DNA from: Candidatus Marinacidobacterium sp.
GTDB lineage: Bacteria > Acidobacteriota > Vicinamibacteria > Marinacidobacterales > Marinacidobacteraceae
Assembly: GCA_965250045.1 (NCBI GenBank)
Contig: OZ252286.1
Location: 2,034,355 to 2,098,354, forward strand
DNA length: 64,000 nt
Direction of reading: 5' to 3'
Position 1 is the stretch's first letter; the number at the start of each line of letters is the position of its first letter. Position numbers and translations under genes: made by a program. Positions 19,895-29,230 of the stretch are shown piece after piece. A model generated the notes under the pieces. It saw only the letters and a list, made by a program, of their open reading frames with translations, did no database searches and had not been told where the DNA came from.

Positions 19895-22800
19895 TTGCCG
19901 GCGGTCAGCCCGACCGGTCGGAGTTTCCCCGCCCCGTTCCGGCGCCGCGTTGACTTCAGCCTCCCCCCAGATTCCTTGACTTCCACTCCCGCTACTCTCA
20001 AATCGACTGCCGCCGCGCCCGCCCGCGCCCTCCCTCGCGGCGCCGCGCCCTTCGTGCGGCGACACGTCGGCCCCAGCCTGACCCAGCAGGCAGGAATGCT
20101 GCATGAGCTGGGTCTGTCCTCGCGGGACGAGCTGATCGCGGAGACGATTCCCGACGACATCCGCATCCGCCACACCCTCGACCTGCCCGCCGCGCTCGCG
20201 GAGGGGGAGCTGCTCGAGGAACTGCGGCAGATCGCCGAGCGGAACCGGACGCTCCGGAACTTCATCGGCCGCGGCTACTACGGCACGATCACCCCGCCGG
20301 TCATCCTCCGGAACATTCTCGAGGACCCGGGCTGGTACACCCAGTACACCCCCTACCAATCCGAGATTTCCCAGGGGCGGCTGGAGATCCTGCTCAACTT
20401 CCAGACCATGGTCGCGGATCTCACCGGGCTCCCGGTCGCGGGCGCCTCGCTGCTCGATGAAGGGACGGCGGCGGCCGAGGCGATGGCGATGTGCCACCGG
20501 TCGGCGAAGCGGCGCTCCGTCTTCCTCGCCGACCGCTACCTCCATCCACAGACACTCGCGGTCATGGAAACCCGCGCCCGGGCGGCGGGCATCCGCCTCG
20601 AGGTCCGTGACCTGAGCGATCCCGGGGAGCAGATATCGAAGGACGTCTCCGGAGTCATCGTTCAGTACCCCGACACTCGGGGCCGGATCCGCGAATGGCG
20701 GCCTCTCGTCGAAAAGGCCCAGGGCGCGGGCGCCCGCGTCGTGATCGCCACCGACCTGCTGGCGCTGACCCTGCTCGATCCGCCGGGCGCGTTCGGCGCC
20801 GATGTCGCGGTCGGCTCGACCCAGCGCTTCGGCATGCCTATCGGCGGAGGCGGCCCGCACGCCGCATTCCTCGCCACCACCTCCGCGCACGCCCGCCGGA
20901 CCCCCGGACGGGTGGTGGGCGTCTCCCGGGACTCCTCCGGGCGGATCGGCTTCCGGCTGGCCCTCCAGACCCGCGAACAGCACATCCGGCGGGACCGCGC
21001 CACCAGCAACATCTGCACTGCGCAGGTGCTGCCTGCGCTGGTCGCGTCCGCGTACGCCGCCTGGCACGGACCGGAGGGACTCATGCGGATCGCCCGCCGG
21101 GTGCGTTCGCTCACCCTCGCGCTCCGCGAGGGGCTCTCGCAACGCGGCTACTCCACGGGCTCCGAGCCGGTCTTCGACACCCTCACGGTGGAGACCGAAG
21201 ACGACGACACGTCGCGGATCCTGGCCGCCGCCGAAGCGCGGGGCATCAACCTGGGCCGGCAGGAGGGTGGGGGCGTCGGCATCTCCCTCGATGAGACCGC
21301 GAACTTCGATGATCTCGACGGCATCCTCGCCGCCTTTGCCGGGGATCGGGCGGCGCCGGGCGCCGAAACGCTTCTCGCCGCAGAGGGGGCCGAGCCGGGC
21401 CTCCCCCCAAAGCTGCGGCGGCGGACCATCTTCCTCGATCACGAGGTCTTCCACGTCCACCGCTCGGAGCACGAGATGCTCCGTTACCTCCACAAGCTCA
21501 AGGAGCGCGACCTCTCGCTCACCACCTCGATGATCCCGCTCGGCTCCTGCACCATGAAGCTCAACGCGACCGCCGAGATGCTGCCGGTGACCTGGCCGGA
21601 GTTCGCGAACATCCACCCCTTCGCGCCGGCCGAGCAGCAGCAGGGCTTCGCCCGCATCGCGGCCGATCTCGAGGAACAGCTCGCCGAAATGACCGGCTTC
21701 CAGGCTGTGAGCCTCCAGCCGAACGCCGGCTCCCAGGGAGAGTTCACCGGCCTGCTGATGATCCGGGCGTACCACGAGAGCCGGGGTGAGGGACGGCGGA
21801 ACATCTGCCTGATCCCACTGTCGGCGCACGGGACGAACCCGGCGAGCGCCGCCATGGCCGGGCTCCAGGTCGTTCCGGTGACGACCACGGAGGCCGGTGA
21901 CGTGGACGTGGAGGACCTCGGCTGGAAGATCGAGGCCTATCCGGACCAGATCGCCGCGCTGATGATCACCTACCCCTCCACGCATGGGGTCTTCGAGGAG
22001 CGGGTGCGCGAGGTCTGCGAGATGGTGCGCGAGGCCGGCGGGCTCGTCTATCTCGACGGCGCCAACCTGAACGCTCAGGTGGGTCTCACGAGTCCCGGCG
22101 AGATCGGCGCCGATGTCTGCCACATCAATCTGCACAAGACCTTCTGCATTCCCCACGGCGGCGGAGGGCCCGGGATGGGACCGGTCGCCGCGACCGCGGA
22201 GCTCGCGCCGTTCCTGCCCGGCCACCCCTACGGCCCCCGGGACCCCCAGCGGATCGGCGCCATTTCCGCGGCGCCCTGGGGGAGCCCCGCGATCCTGCCC
22301 ATCTCCTGGGCCTACATCCGGATGATGGGCGCTGCCGGCCTCAAGGAGGCCAGCGAGGTCGCCATCCTCTCGGCGAACTACATGGCGCACCGCCTGAAGG
22401 ACTACTACCCGCTGCTCTACGTGGGAAAGCAGGGGCGGGTGGCCCACGAGTTCATCCTGGACTGCCGGTCGTTCAAGAAGACGGCGGGAGTCGAGGCGAA
22501 CGACATCGCGAAGCGGCTCATGGATTACGGGTTCCACGCGCCGACCATGTCCTTCCCGGTGGCGGGCACCTTGATGATCGAACCCACCGAGAGCGAGTCT
22601 CGCGAGGAGCTGGACCGCTTCTGCGAGGCGATGATCCGGATCCGCGCCGAGATCCGCGAGATCGAAGAGGGGCGCGCCGACCCGGAGCGGAACCCGCTCC
22701 GCCTCGCGCCGCACACGGCCGAGGACGTAGTCGCGGACGACTGGGACCGGCCCTACACGCGCCGGCAGGCCGCGTTCCCGGCCCCCTGGCTCGTGGGGCA

Positions 22801-22924
22801 CAAGTACTGGCCGCCGGTCGGCCGGGTGGACAACACGCGAGGCGACCGGAACCTGATCTGCAGTTGTCCGGACGACTGGAAGTCCGGCGGCGGCCACCCG
22901 CATCACGAACCCCAGGACCACTGA
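19895..22924 (+). CDS. gcvP: Glycine dehydrogenase (decarboxylating), single-chain P protein
   Basis: FVRRHVGP N-terminal motif and PLP-domain composition over ~980 aa; start is TTG 19895 or in-frame TTG 19976 (uncertain). Confidence 0.9.
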   Translation: MPAVSPTGRSFPAPFRRRVDFSLPPDSLTSTPATLKSTAAAPARALPRGAAPFVRRHVGPSLTQQAGMLHELGLSSRDELIAETIPDDIRIRHTLDLPAALAEGELLEELRQIAERNRTLRNFIGRGYYGTITPPVILRNILEDPGWYTQYTPYQSEISQGRLEILLNFQTMVADLTGLPVAGASLLDEGTAAAEAMAMCHRSAKRRSVFLADRYLHPQTLAVMETRARAAGIRLEVRDLSDPGEQISKDVSGVIVQYPDTRGRIREWRPLVEKAQGAGARVVIATDLLALTLLDPPGAFGADVAVGSTQRFGMPIGGGGPHAAFLATTSAHARRTPGRVVGVSRDSSGRIGFRLALQTREQHIRRDRATSNICTAQVLPALVASAYAAWHGPEGLMRIARRVRSLTLALREGLSQRGYSTGSEPVFDTLTVETEDDDTSRILAAAEARGINLGRQEGGGVGISLDETANFDDLDGILAAFAGDRAAPGAETLLAAEGAEPGLPPKLRRRTIFLDHEVFHVHRSEHEMLRYLHKLKERDLSLTTSMIPLGSCTMKLNATAEMLPVTWPEFANIHPFAPAEQQQGFARIAADLEEQLAEMTGFQAVSLQPNAGSQGEFTGLLMIRAYHESRGEGRRNICLIPLSAHGTNPASAAMAGLQVVPVTTTEAGDVDVEDLGWKIEAYPDQIAALMITYPSTHGVFEERVREVCEMVREAGGLVYLDGANLNAQVGLTSPGEIGADVCHINLHKTFCIPHGGGGPGMGPVAATAELAPFLPGHPYGPRDPQRIGAISAAPWGSPAILPISWAYIRMMGAAGLKEASEVAILSANYMAHRLKDYYPLLYVGKQGRVAHEFILDCRSFKKTAGVEANDIAKRLMDYGFHAPTMSFPVAGTLMIEPTESESREELDRFCEAMIRIRAEIREIEEGRADPERNPLRLAPHTAEDVVADDWDRPYTRRQAAFPAPWLVGHKYWPPVGRVDNTRGDRNLICSCPDDWKSGGGHPHHEPQDH

Positions 22925-23184
22925 CCCCGTGGAGAAAGCGCCCCGCACCAGCCCCGGGACGGCAACTCCGCCGAATCTGGCGGTTCTTGCGCGTGCGGGG
23001 CGCTTCCCCCACGGGGTGATGGTGCAAATCGCTACGCGATTCGCACCATCTTTTCCTGTGAGGAGGGGAAACCCCTCCCCACGCCCCTCCCCCGCGGCGC
23101 TGCGCGCTGCGAATGGATGCCGTCCGGGTTTCATCACCGGCCGCTAACGGTCCAACCACCGAGAACCCCTCGAGGCGCCCCACA

Positions 23185-24552
23185 TTGACGAAAAAGAGAA
23201 ACCTGCGCGCCTGCGCGGCCCAGATCAGTCCTGTCTTCATGGACAAGAAGGCGAGCGTCGAGAAATACGCCGAGACGATCCGCGAGGCGGGGCGGCAGGG
23301 AGTGGACCTCATCGTGACCCCGGAGACCGGGATCCCCGTCTATCCCTACTGGCGGAACAACTTCGGCTATACCGACCCCGAGTCGGCGCGCCTCTGGAAG
23401 GAGACCGTGGTCCGCTTCTACGACGAGGCGGTGCGCATCCCGGGGCCGGAGACCGACGAACTCGGACGCGCTGCCAAGGCCGCCGGACTCACGGCAGTGA
23501 TCGGCCTCAACGAGCAGGACGACCGGCCGGGCTCGCGCACGCTCTACAACACGATGCTGTTCATCGGTCCCGACGGCGAAATCATGGGCCGGCACCGGAA
23601 GCTCATGCCGACCCACCAGGAGCGGATCTTCTGGGGCCGGGGGGACGCGAGCGATCTCAGGGTCTTCGACACCCCGTTCGGGGTGCTGGGCGGACTCATC
23701 TGCTTCGAGAACCACATGACGCTGCTGAAGGCGGCGATGGCGGTGAAGGGTGAAGAGGTCCACGCCGCCTGCTGGCCGGGCTACTGGGCCTACGGCGGGC
23801 CGGGGAACACCGTCCGCGATATGACCGGGAGCCACTATCCGCTCCACCACTCGGATCAGGACTGCGCGGTGCGCGAGTACGCCTTCGAGACCCAGACGTT
23901 CGTGGTCTCGGCGTCGCTGTTCCTGACGGAAGATGACGTGCCGGACGACTTCCCCTACAAGAAGACGACGAACTGGAAATGGGCGATGGGCGGCAGCGCG
24001 ATCGCCACGCCCTTCGGGACCTACGCGGCGGAGCCGCTCTTTGGCAAGGAGGGGCTGGTGATCGCCGATCTCGACCTCGCCGACCGGATCGTCGCGAAGA
24101 ACGTCTTCGACTGCATGGGTCACTACACCCGCTGGGACGTGACCCAGTTGCGCCTGAAGCGCGAAGCAGTCGGCCCCGAGCCCGGGCGGGACGGTTTTCC
24201 GGCCGCGCGGGCTTCGCGGGTGGTGGAAGTCCCCGCGCCGCCGATGGGTCCGGAACCGGGGGACGAGGAAGAGCGCGAGGCGGTGGGCGCCCCTCCGAAG
24301 GCCATCATGGGCGCGCTCCCCGAGAGCCTGGCGAAACCACTACTCGCCGCGCTCAGCGAAAAATACGGCCCCGGGGCGGTCTCCGCCGCCCGCGCCGAGC
24401 TCGACAGCGACGACCTCGAGGAACTGGCCCGGTCGCACGGCCTCTCGCAGGACGAAGTGGTGTCGTTCATTCACGACTTTATCGACCTGATCCGCCGCCG
24501 CAGCGAATTCGTGGTGCCGGATCTGGTCGTTGAAGAGCCAACGGACGCCTGA
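23185..24552 (+). CDS. Nitrilase / C-N hydrolase family protein with an uncharacterised ~120-aa C-terminal extension
   Basis: MTKKRNLRACAAQISPVF start (TTG 23185), catalytic-region motifs FENHMT and CWPGYW; the extension has no recognisable motif. Confidence 0.75.
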   Translation: MTKKRNLRACAAQISPVFMDKKASVEKYAETIREAGRQGVDLIVTPETGIPVYPYWRNNFGYTDPESARLWKETVVRFYDEAVRIPGPETDELGRAAKAAGLTAVIGLNEQDDRPGSRTLYNTMLFIGPDGEIMGRHRKLMPTHQERIFWGRGDASDLRVFDTPFGVLGGLICFENHMTLLKAAMAVKGEEVHAACWPGYWAYGGPGNTVRDMTGSHYPLHHSDQDCAVREYAFETQTFVVSASLFLTEDDVPDDFPYKKTTNWKWAMGGSAIATPFGTYAAEPLFGKEGLVIADLDLADRIVAKNVFDCMGHYTRWDVTQLRLKREAVGPEPGRDGFPAARASRVVEVPAPPMGPEPGDEEEREAVGAPPKAIMGALPESLAKPLLAALSEKYGPGAVSAARAELDSDDLEELARSHGLSQDEVVSFIHDFIDLIRRRSEFVVPDLVVEEPTDA

Positions 24553-24588
24553 CAGGGCGTCACCTCTATCGGGGACGCCCGGCCGGAA

Positions 24589-25092
24589 ATGGTCCTCGGT
24601 CTCCTGACCGTCCATCTGGCCGGGTTGGCCGTCTTCGCCTACACCTGCTTCGGGGTGGGCTCCGGGACGCTCGCGTTCCACATCGGCGCCGGGCTCATCG
24701 CGGTGATGCTGGTGGTGTTCGCCCACACCATGAGCTACTTCTACCTGGTCGCCATGACCAGCATGATGCGCAAGGCGCTCGCGGGGGAGAGCGGGCCGCC
24801 GGTGCTCGTGGACGACCCGCGGGGACCGGAGCTGCTGGCGCGGAGCCGCCGGCTGAAGTCGAGCGCGGTGGCCTGGGCGATGGGGGGCATGGTCCTGCCG
24901 ATGGTCGCCTTCATTCTGGGGGGCGGCGCCCACACCCGGGCATTCCCGGCCGTCATCCACACCGCCGCCGGATACCTGGTGTTCGCCTTTGCCGCCCTGG
25001 CGATGGTGATGATTGGTCTGGCGCTCCTCCGCCAGAACCGCATCGTCGAAGCCTTCCAGAGCGCGGGCGGGGAAACGCGCACAGCTGACTGA
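24589..25092 (+). CDS. Small integral membrane protein (4 predicted TM), unknown function
   Basis: Hydrophobic segments; no recognisable motif. Confidence 0.55.
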   Translation: MVLGLLTVHLAGLAVFAYTCFGVGSGTLAFHIGAGLIAVMLVVFAHTMSYFYLVAMTSMMRKALAGESGPPVLVDDPRGPELLARSRRLKSSAVAWAMGGMVLPMVAFILGGGAHTRAFPAVIHTAAGYLVFAFAALAMVMIGLALLRQNRIVEAFQSAGGETRTAD

Positions 25093-25117
25093 GTAGAAGC
25101 GCGGCCAGGGCAGGGAA

Positions 25118-25300
25118 CGCCAGTGTTCTACACCGGCACCGTTGCGCGACAGCGCAGCAAAGGCGCGCATCGCCGACCGCGAAGAAGCGCGGGGACGACT
25201 TGGGACGCCGACCTGCGGTCGGCACCGCCCGCCGGAGGCGGGCGGAAGCGCGTACGGCCGATTTGCGGGATGTTCTCGTGCCTGCGCGCTCCTTCTCCTT
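25118..25300. repeat. Family-A repeat cluster
   Basis: CAGGGAACGCCAGTGTTCTACACCGGCACCG... and GGGACGCCGACCTGCGGTCGGCACCGCCCGCCGGAGGCGGGCGG. Confidence 0.55.
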
Positions 25301-25362
25301 CGGCAGGGCGTCTCTTGCAGCCCTTCGGGCCTCCCCCTCCGCCGTTGTACGATCCGACCGCC

Positions 25363-26214
25363 ATGCCCCGACCCCTGAACGCACTCATCCTCCTCCTCGC
25401 CGCGACCCTCCTCGCGCCCGCAGCCCCCGCCCAGGAGACCGTTCCCGCCCCCGCGGACGCCTCCACCGGCCCGGACACCGTGTTCGTCCAGGAACTCACC
25501 TGGACCGAGGTGGCCGCCCGGGTCCGCGCCGGTACCCGCTCGGTGATCGTGCCCACCGGCGGCACCGAGCAGAACGGACCCCACATGGTGCTCGGGAAGC
25601 ACAACTTCATCATCCGGGAGGCTTCCGAGCGAATCGCCCGCGAGCTCGGGGACACGCTCGTCGCCCCGGTCGTCGCCTACGTGCCCGAGGGCGGGATCTC
25701 GCCGCCGACCGGCCACATGCGTTACGCGGGCGCGATCACCCTCCCCCAGGAGCACTTCGAGGCGCTCCTCGAATACACGGCGCGCGGTTTCGCGCTCCAC
25801 GGGTTCGAGAACATCATCTTTATTGGTGACAGCGGCGGGAACCAACGGGGCATGGAGGCGGTGGCCACGAAGCTCAACACGGAATGGCAAACCTCCGGTG
25901 GAAAGTCCCGGGTGCTCTACGTCCCCGAGTACTACCGCGGGAACGGCTTTCGCGAGTGGCTGCTGGAGCAGGGGGTTCCCGACGACGCCATCGGACGCCA
26001 CGCCGGAGTGACCGATACCTCGCAGCTCTGGTACGTCGCGCCGGAACAGATCCGGCCGGACGCGCGGGTCAAGAACGGCGGCTTCGAGGGAAGCGGCGTC
26101 AACGGCGACCCCACGCTCGCCTCGCGGGAGTTCGGCGAAAAGGGCATCGAGCTCAAGGTCGAGACCGCGGTCCGCCGGGTGCGCGAGATGCTCGCCGCGC
26201 GCTCCCGCGAATAA
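25363..26214 (+). CDS. Creatininase-family amidohydrolase with Sec signal peptide
   Basis: PTGGTEQNGPHMVLGKH motif; N-terminus MPRPLNALILLLAATLLAPAAPAQ. Confidence 0.8.
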   Translation: MPRPLNALILLLAATLLAPAAPAQETVPAPADASTGPDTVFVQELTWTEVAARVRAGTRSVIVPTGGTEQNGPHMVLGKHNFIIREASERIARELGDTLVAPVVAYVPEGGISPPTGHMRYAGAITLPQEHFEALLEYTARGFALHGFENIIFIGDSGGNQRGMEAVATKLNTEWQTSGGKSRVLYVPEYYRGNGFREWLLEQGVPDDAIGRHAGVTDTSQLWYVAPEQIRPDARVKNGGFEGSGVNGDPTLASREFGEKGIELKVETAVRRVREMLAARSRE

Positions 26215-26236
26215 CGCCGGCTCTTCCTCCCGTCCC

Positions 26237-27382
26237 GTGATCCCGTCCCAGCGCCATCTCTTCGACATCCCGCGGGACATCGCCTATCTGAACTGCGCCT
26301 ACATGTCGCCGCTGCTTCACAGCGTGGTGGAGGCGGGGACCGCCGGCCTGCGGCGGAAGGCGCGGCCCTGGGAGATCACCGTCGACGACTTCTTCGACGA
26401 ATCGGAGGCGCTCCGCGCCGCCTGGGCGGAGCTGCTCGGGGCCGGACCCGACGCGCTGGCCATCACCCCCTCGGCGGGTTACGGCCTGTCGCTCGCGGCG
26501 AACAACGTGGCGCTCGGGGCGGGGCAGACGGTCCTGCTCGCCGCCGAGCAGTTCCCCTCGAACGTCTATCCCTGGACCGACAGGGCGCAGCGCGCGGGCG
26601 GCGAGGTCCGGTTCGTTCCACGTCCCGAGGACGGCGACTGGACCCGCGCGGTGCTCGCCGAGCTCGACGAGCGGGTGGCGATCGTCGCCCTGCCGAATGT
26701 CCACTGGACCGACGGCGGGATCTTCGACCTGATGCGGATCGGCGCGCGGGCCCGGGAGACGGGCGCGGCGCTGGTGGTGGACGCCACCCAGTCGCTCGGG
26801 GTGCTGCCGATCGACGTGGACGCCGTCCAGCCGGACTTCGTGGCCGGCGCGGGTTACAAGTGGCTCATGGGGCCCTATGCGCTCGGCTACCTCTATGCCG
26901 CGCCCCACCGCCGGGAAGCCGCCCCCATCGAGCACAACTGGATCCAGCGCGCCAACGCCCGCGAGTTCTCGCGGCTCGTGGACTACACCGAGGACTGGCA
27001 GCCGGGCGCCCGCCGCCTCGACTGCGGGGAACGCTCCAACTTCGCGCTCGTCCCCGCCGCGCTCGCGGCGGCCCGCCAGGTGCTCGCCTGGGGCCCCGGG
27101 AACATCGCCGCGACGCTCGGTCCGATGACCCGCCGCCTCGCGGCGGCCGCGGCGGAACTCGGTTTCACGACCGGACACGACGAGTACCGCGCGCCGCACT
27201 ACCTGGCGCTCGGGCTGCCGCCGGGAAGCGGCCCGGAAGACCTCTCCCGGGTCCGCGCCGCGCTCTCCGAGCGGCGGGTGTTCGTGAGCATCCGCGGAGA
27301 CAGCGTCCGGGTGACCCCGCATCTCTACAACGACGAGCAGGACCTCGACGCGTTCATCGGCGCGCTCGGTTCCGCGCTTTGA
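26237..27382 (+). CDS. Aminotransferase class V-fold PLP-dependent enzyme
   Basis: Fold-type I class V signatures (DATQSLG, GAGYKWLMGP); GTG start. Confidence 0.75.
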   Translation: MIPSQRHLFDIPRDIAYLNCAYMSPLLHSVVEAGTAGLRRKARPWEITVDDFFDESEALRAAWAELLGAGPDALAITPSAGYGLSLAANNVALGAGQTVLLAAEQFPSNVYPWTDRAQRAGGEVRFVPRPEDGDWTRAVLAELDERVAIVALPNVHWTDGGIFDLMRIGARARETGAALVVDATQSLGVLPIDVDAVQPDFVAGAGYKWLMGPYALGYLYAAPHRREAAPIEHNWIQRANAREFSRLVDYTEDWQPGARRLDCGERSNFALVPAALAAARQVLAWGPGNIAATLGPMTRRLAAAAAELGFTTGHDEYRAPHYLALGLPPGSGPEDLSRVRAALSERRVFVSIRGDSVRVTPHLYNDEQDLDAFIGALGSAL

Positions 27383-28245
27383 AGGTCTATCTCGACACCG
27401 TCCGCCGGGTGCTCGAGACCGGGACCCGGCGGCCGAACCGCACCGGGGTGGACACCATCTCCACCTTCAACGTGAATTCGGTGATCCCGATGGACGAGGG
27501 CTTTCCGCTCCTCACCACCAAGAAGATCAGTTGGAAGAACATCGTCGTCGAAAACCTCTGGTTCCTCTCCGGCGAGCCGACCATCGCGCTGCTCAAGAAG
27601 CACAAGTGCCGGTTCTGGGATCCCTGGGCGGACGAGAACGGCGCGGTGCCGAGCCCCTACGGCAACCTGTGGCGGGAGCATCCGGGCTCGGCCGGGCCGG
27701 CGGACCAGGTCCGGTGGATCCTCGAGGAGATCCAGCGAAACCCCACTTCGCGGCGGCTGGTGATCAGCGCCTGGTCACCGGAGAACGCCCATCACAGTTC
27801 GCTGCCGCCCTGCCACTTCGCCTTCGTGTTCAACGTGCAGTACGACGAATCGGGCGAGCCGCGGCTCAACCTGCACCTGACCCAGCGTAGCTGCGACGTC
27901 GCGCTCGGCCTTCCCTACAACATCGCCGGTTACGCGCTGCTGCTCCACCTCTTCTCGCGCTGGTCCGGGCTGAAGCCCGGGGTGATGGGGCACACCCTGG
28001 TGGACGCTCACATCTACACCAAGAAAGGGGACGGCTCGATGGCGGAATACGACCACGTGCCGGGGCTCCGGGAGCAGCTCGAGCGCGAGCCGCGGCCGCT
28101 ACCCCGGCTGACGCTTTCGGACACGGTGTCGTCGCTGGACGGGACGATGTCGCTCCTCGACCAGGACACCGCCGAGATCATGTCCCACTTCCAGCTCGAC
28201 GGGTACGACCCCCACCCAGGCATCCGGTTCGCGGTCGCGGTATGA
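27379..28245 (+). CDS. thyA: Thymidylate synthase
   Basis: LKVYLDTVRRVLETG.., RRLVISAWSP, catalytic SLPPCH, DVALGLPYNIA; TTG start overlaps the upstream stop (TTGA). Confidence 0.9.
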   Translation: MKVYLDTVRRVLETGTRRPNRTGVDTISTFNVNSVIPMDEGFPLLTTKKISWKNIVVENLWFLSGEPTIALLKKHKCRFWDPWADENGAVPSPYGNLWREHPGSAGPADQVRWILEEIQRNPTSRRLVISAWSPENAHHSSLPPCHFAFVFNVQYDESGEPRLNLHLTQRSCDVALGLPYNIAGYALLLHLFSRWSGLKPGVMGHTLVDAHIYTKKGDGSMAEYDHVPGLREQLEREPRPLPRLTLSDTVSSLDGTMSLLDQDTAEIMSHFQLDGYDPHPGIRFAVAV

Positions 28246-28775
28246 GTGCCGGCTGGCTCGAGGATCCCGCGGTGCTTCCACCGGCCCCTTTCCGGGCCAG
28301 CATGGCGGCGGTCTCGCCGGAGGGGATCATCGGGGTGGACGGCGGGATCCCCTGGGACTACCCGGGGGACCGGAAGCGGCTCTGGCGGCTGACCCGGGGT
28401 TCGACCATCATCCTCGGCCGGCTCACCTGGGATTCGCTGCCGCGGCGGCCGATGCGGCGGCGGCGGAACGTCGTGATCAGCTCGCGGCCGGTGGAGGGTG
28501 CGGAGTCCTTCCGTTCGCTCGGCGAGGCGCTCGAGGCATGCGACGGGGCCGTGTGGTTCCTGGGCGGCGCCCGCATTTACGAGGAAGCCATGCACTACGC
28601 CGACTTCCTCGATATGACCTACGTTCCCGACCGCATCCGGCTCCAGCCGGGGCAGAGCGCGGTCTACTTCCCGAAGATTGACGGGGCCCGCTGGCTCGCG
28701 GGTCCCCCGCACCCCGACCCCGACGACACCGGGGTCGTGCGGCGCCGGTTCGTAAGGCGCCGAACGGAGACATGA
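28242..28775 (+). CDS. folA: Dihydrofolate reductase
   Basis: IIGVDGGIPW, TIILGRLTWDSLP, RRNVVISSR; ATGA overlap with thyA; true start may be ATG 28302. Confidence 0.8.
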   Translation: MSAGWLEDPAVLPPAPFRASMAAVSPEGIIGVDGGIPWDYPGDRKRLWRLTRGSTIILGRLTWDSLPRRPMRRRRNVVISSRPVEGAESFRSLGEALEACDGAVWFLGGARIYEEAMHYADFLDMTYVPDRIRLQPGQSAVYFPKIDGARWLAGPPHPDPDDTGVVRRRFVRRRTET

Positions 28776-28776
28776 G

Positions 28777-29163
28777 ATGAGCGACGAGATCACCCTGATC
28801 GCCGGCAAAGGCCTGCCGAAGCCGGCCGGCCCCTACAGCCCCGCCACCAGGGTGGGGAACCTGGTGTTCGTTTCCGGTCAGGTCGGGGTGGACCCGAAGA
28901 CCGGACTCACGCCCCACGGGGTCGCCGCCCAGACGGAGCAGGTGTTTCGGAACATCGCCTCCATCCTGGAGGCCGCGGGGTCGAGCCTCGACCGCGTGGT
29001 CCGCTGCGGGGTCTTCGTGGCGGACATGGGCGAGTTCGGGGCGATGAACGAGGTCTACGAGCGCATGTTCGACGGCCACCGCCCCGCCCGCAGCACCATC
29101 CAGCCCGAACGCCTCCCGGGAAGCGACTTCCTGGTGGAGATCGACGCCATCGCGGTCTGCTAG
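28777..29163 (+). CDS. ridA: RidA (YjgF/TdcF) family reactive-intermediate deaminase
   Basis: GPYSPA..GNLVFVSGQ, conserved C-terminal RSTIQ..LP.....EID. Confidence 0.85.
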   Translation: MSDEITLIAGKGLPKPAGPYSPATRVGNLVFVSGQVGVDPKTGLTPHGVAAQTEQVFRNIASILEAAGSSLDRVVRCGVFVADMGEFGAMNEVYERMFDGHRPARSTIQPERLPGSDFLVEIDAIAVC

Positions 29164-29230
29164 GTGTGGTCTCCCGGTAGGTTGTTCATGCGGGCCCTAT
29201 GCCCGCTTCATAGGGTAGAGTCTGAACGCG

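Noticed and set aside
19034-23137. Minus-strand ORF of 1367 aa antisense to gcvH / gcvP
   Set aside because: No recognisable domains; overlaps well-supported gcvP on the opposite strand.
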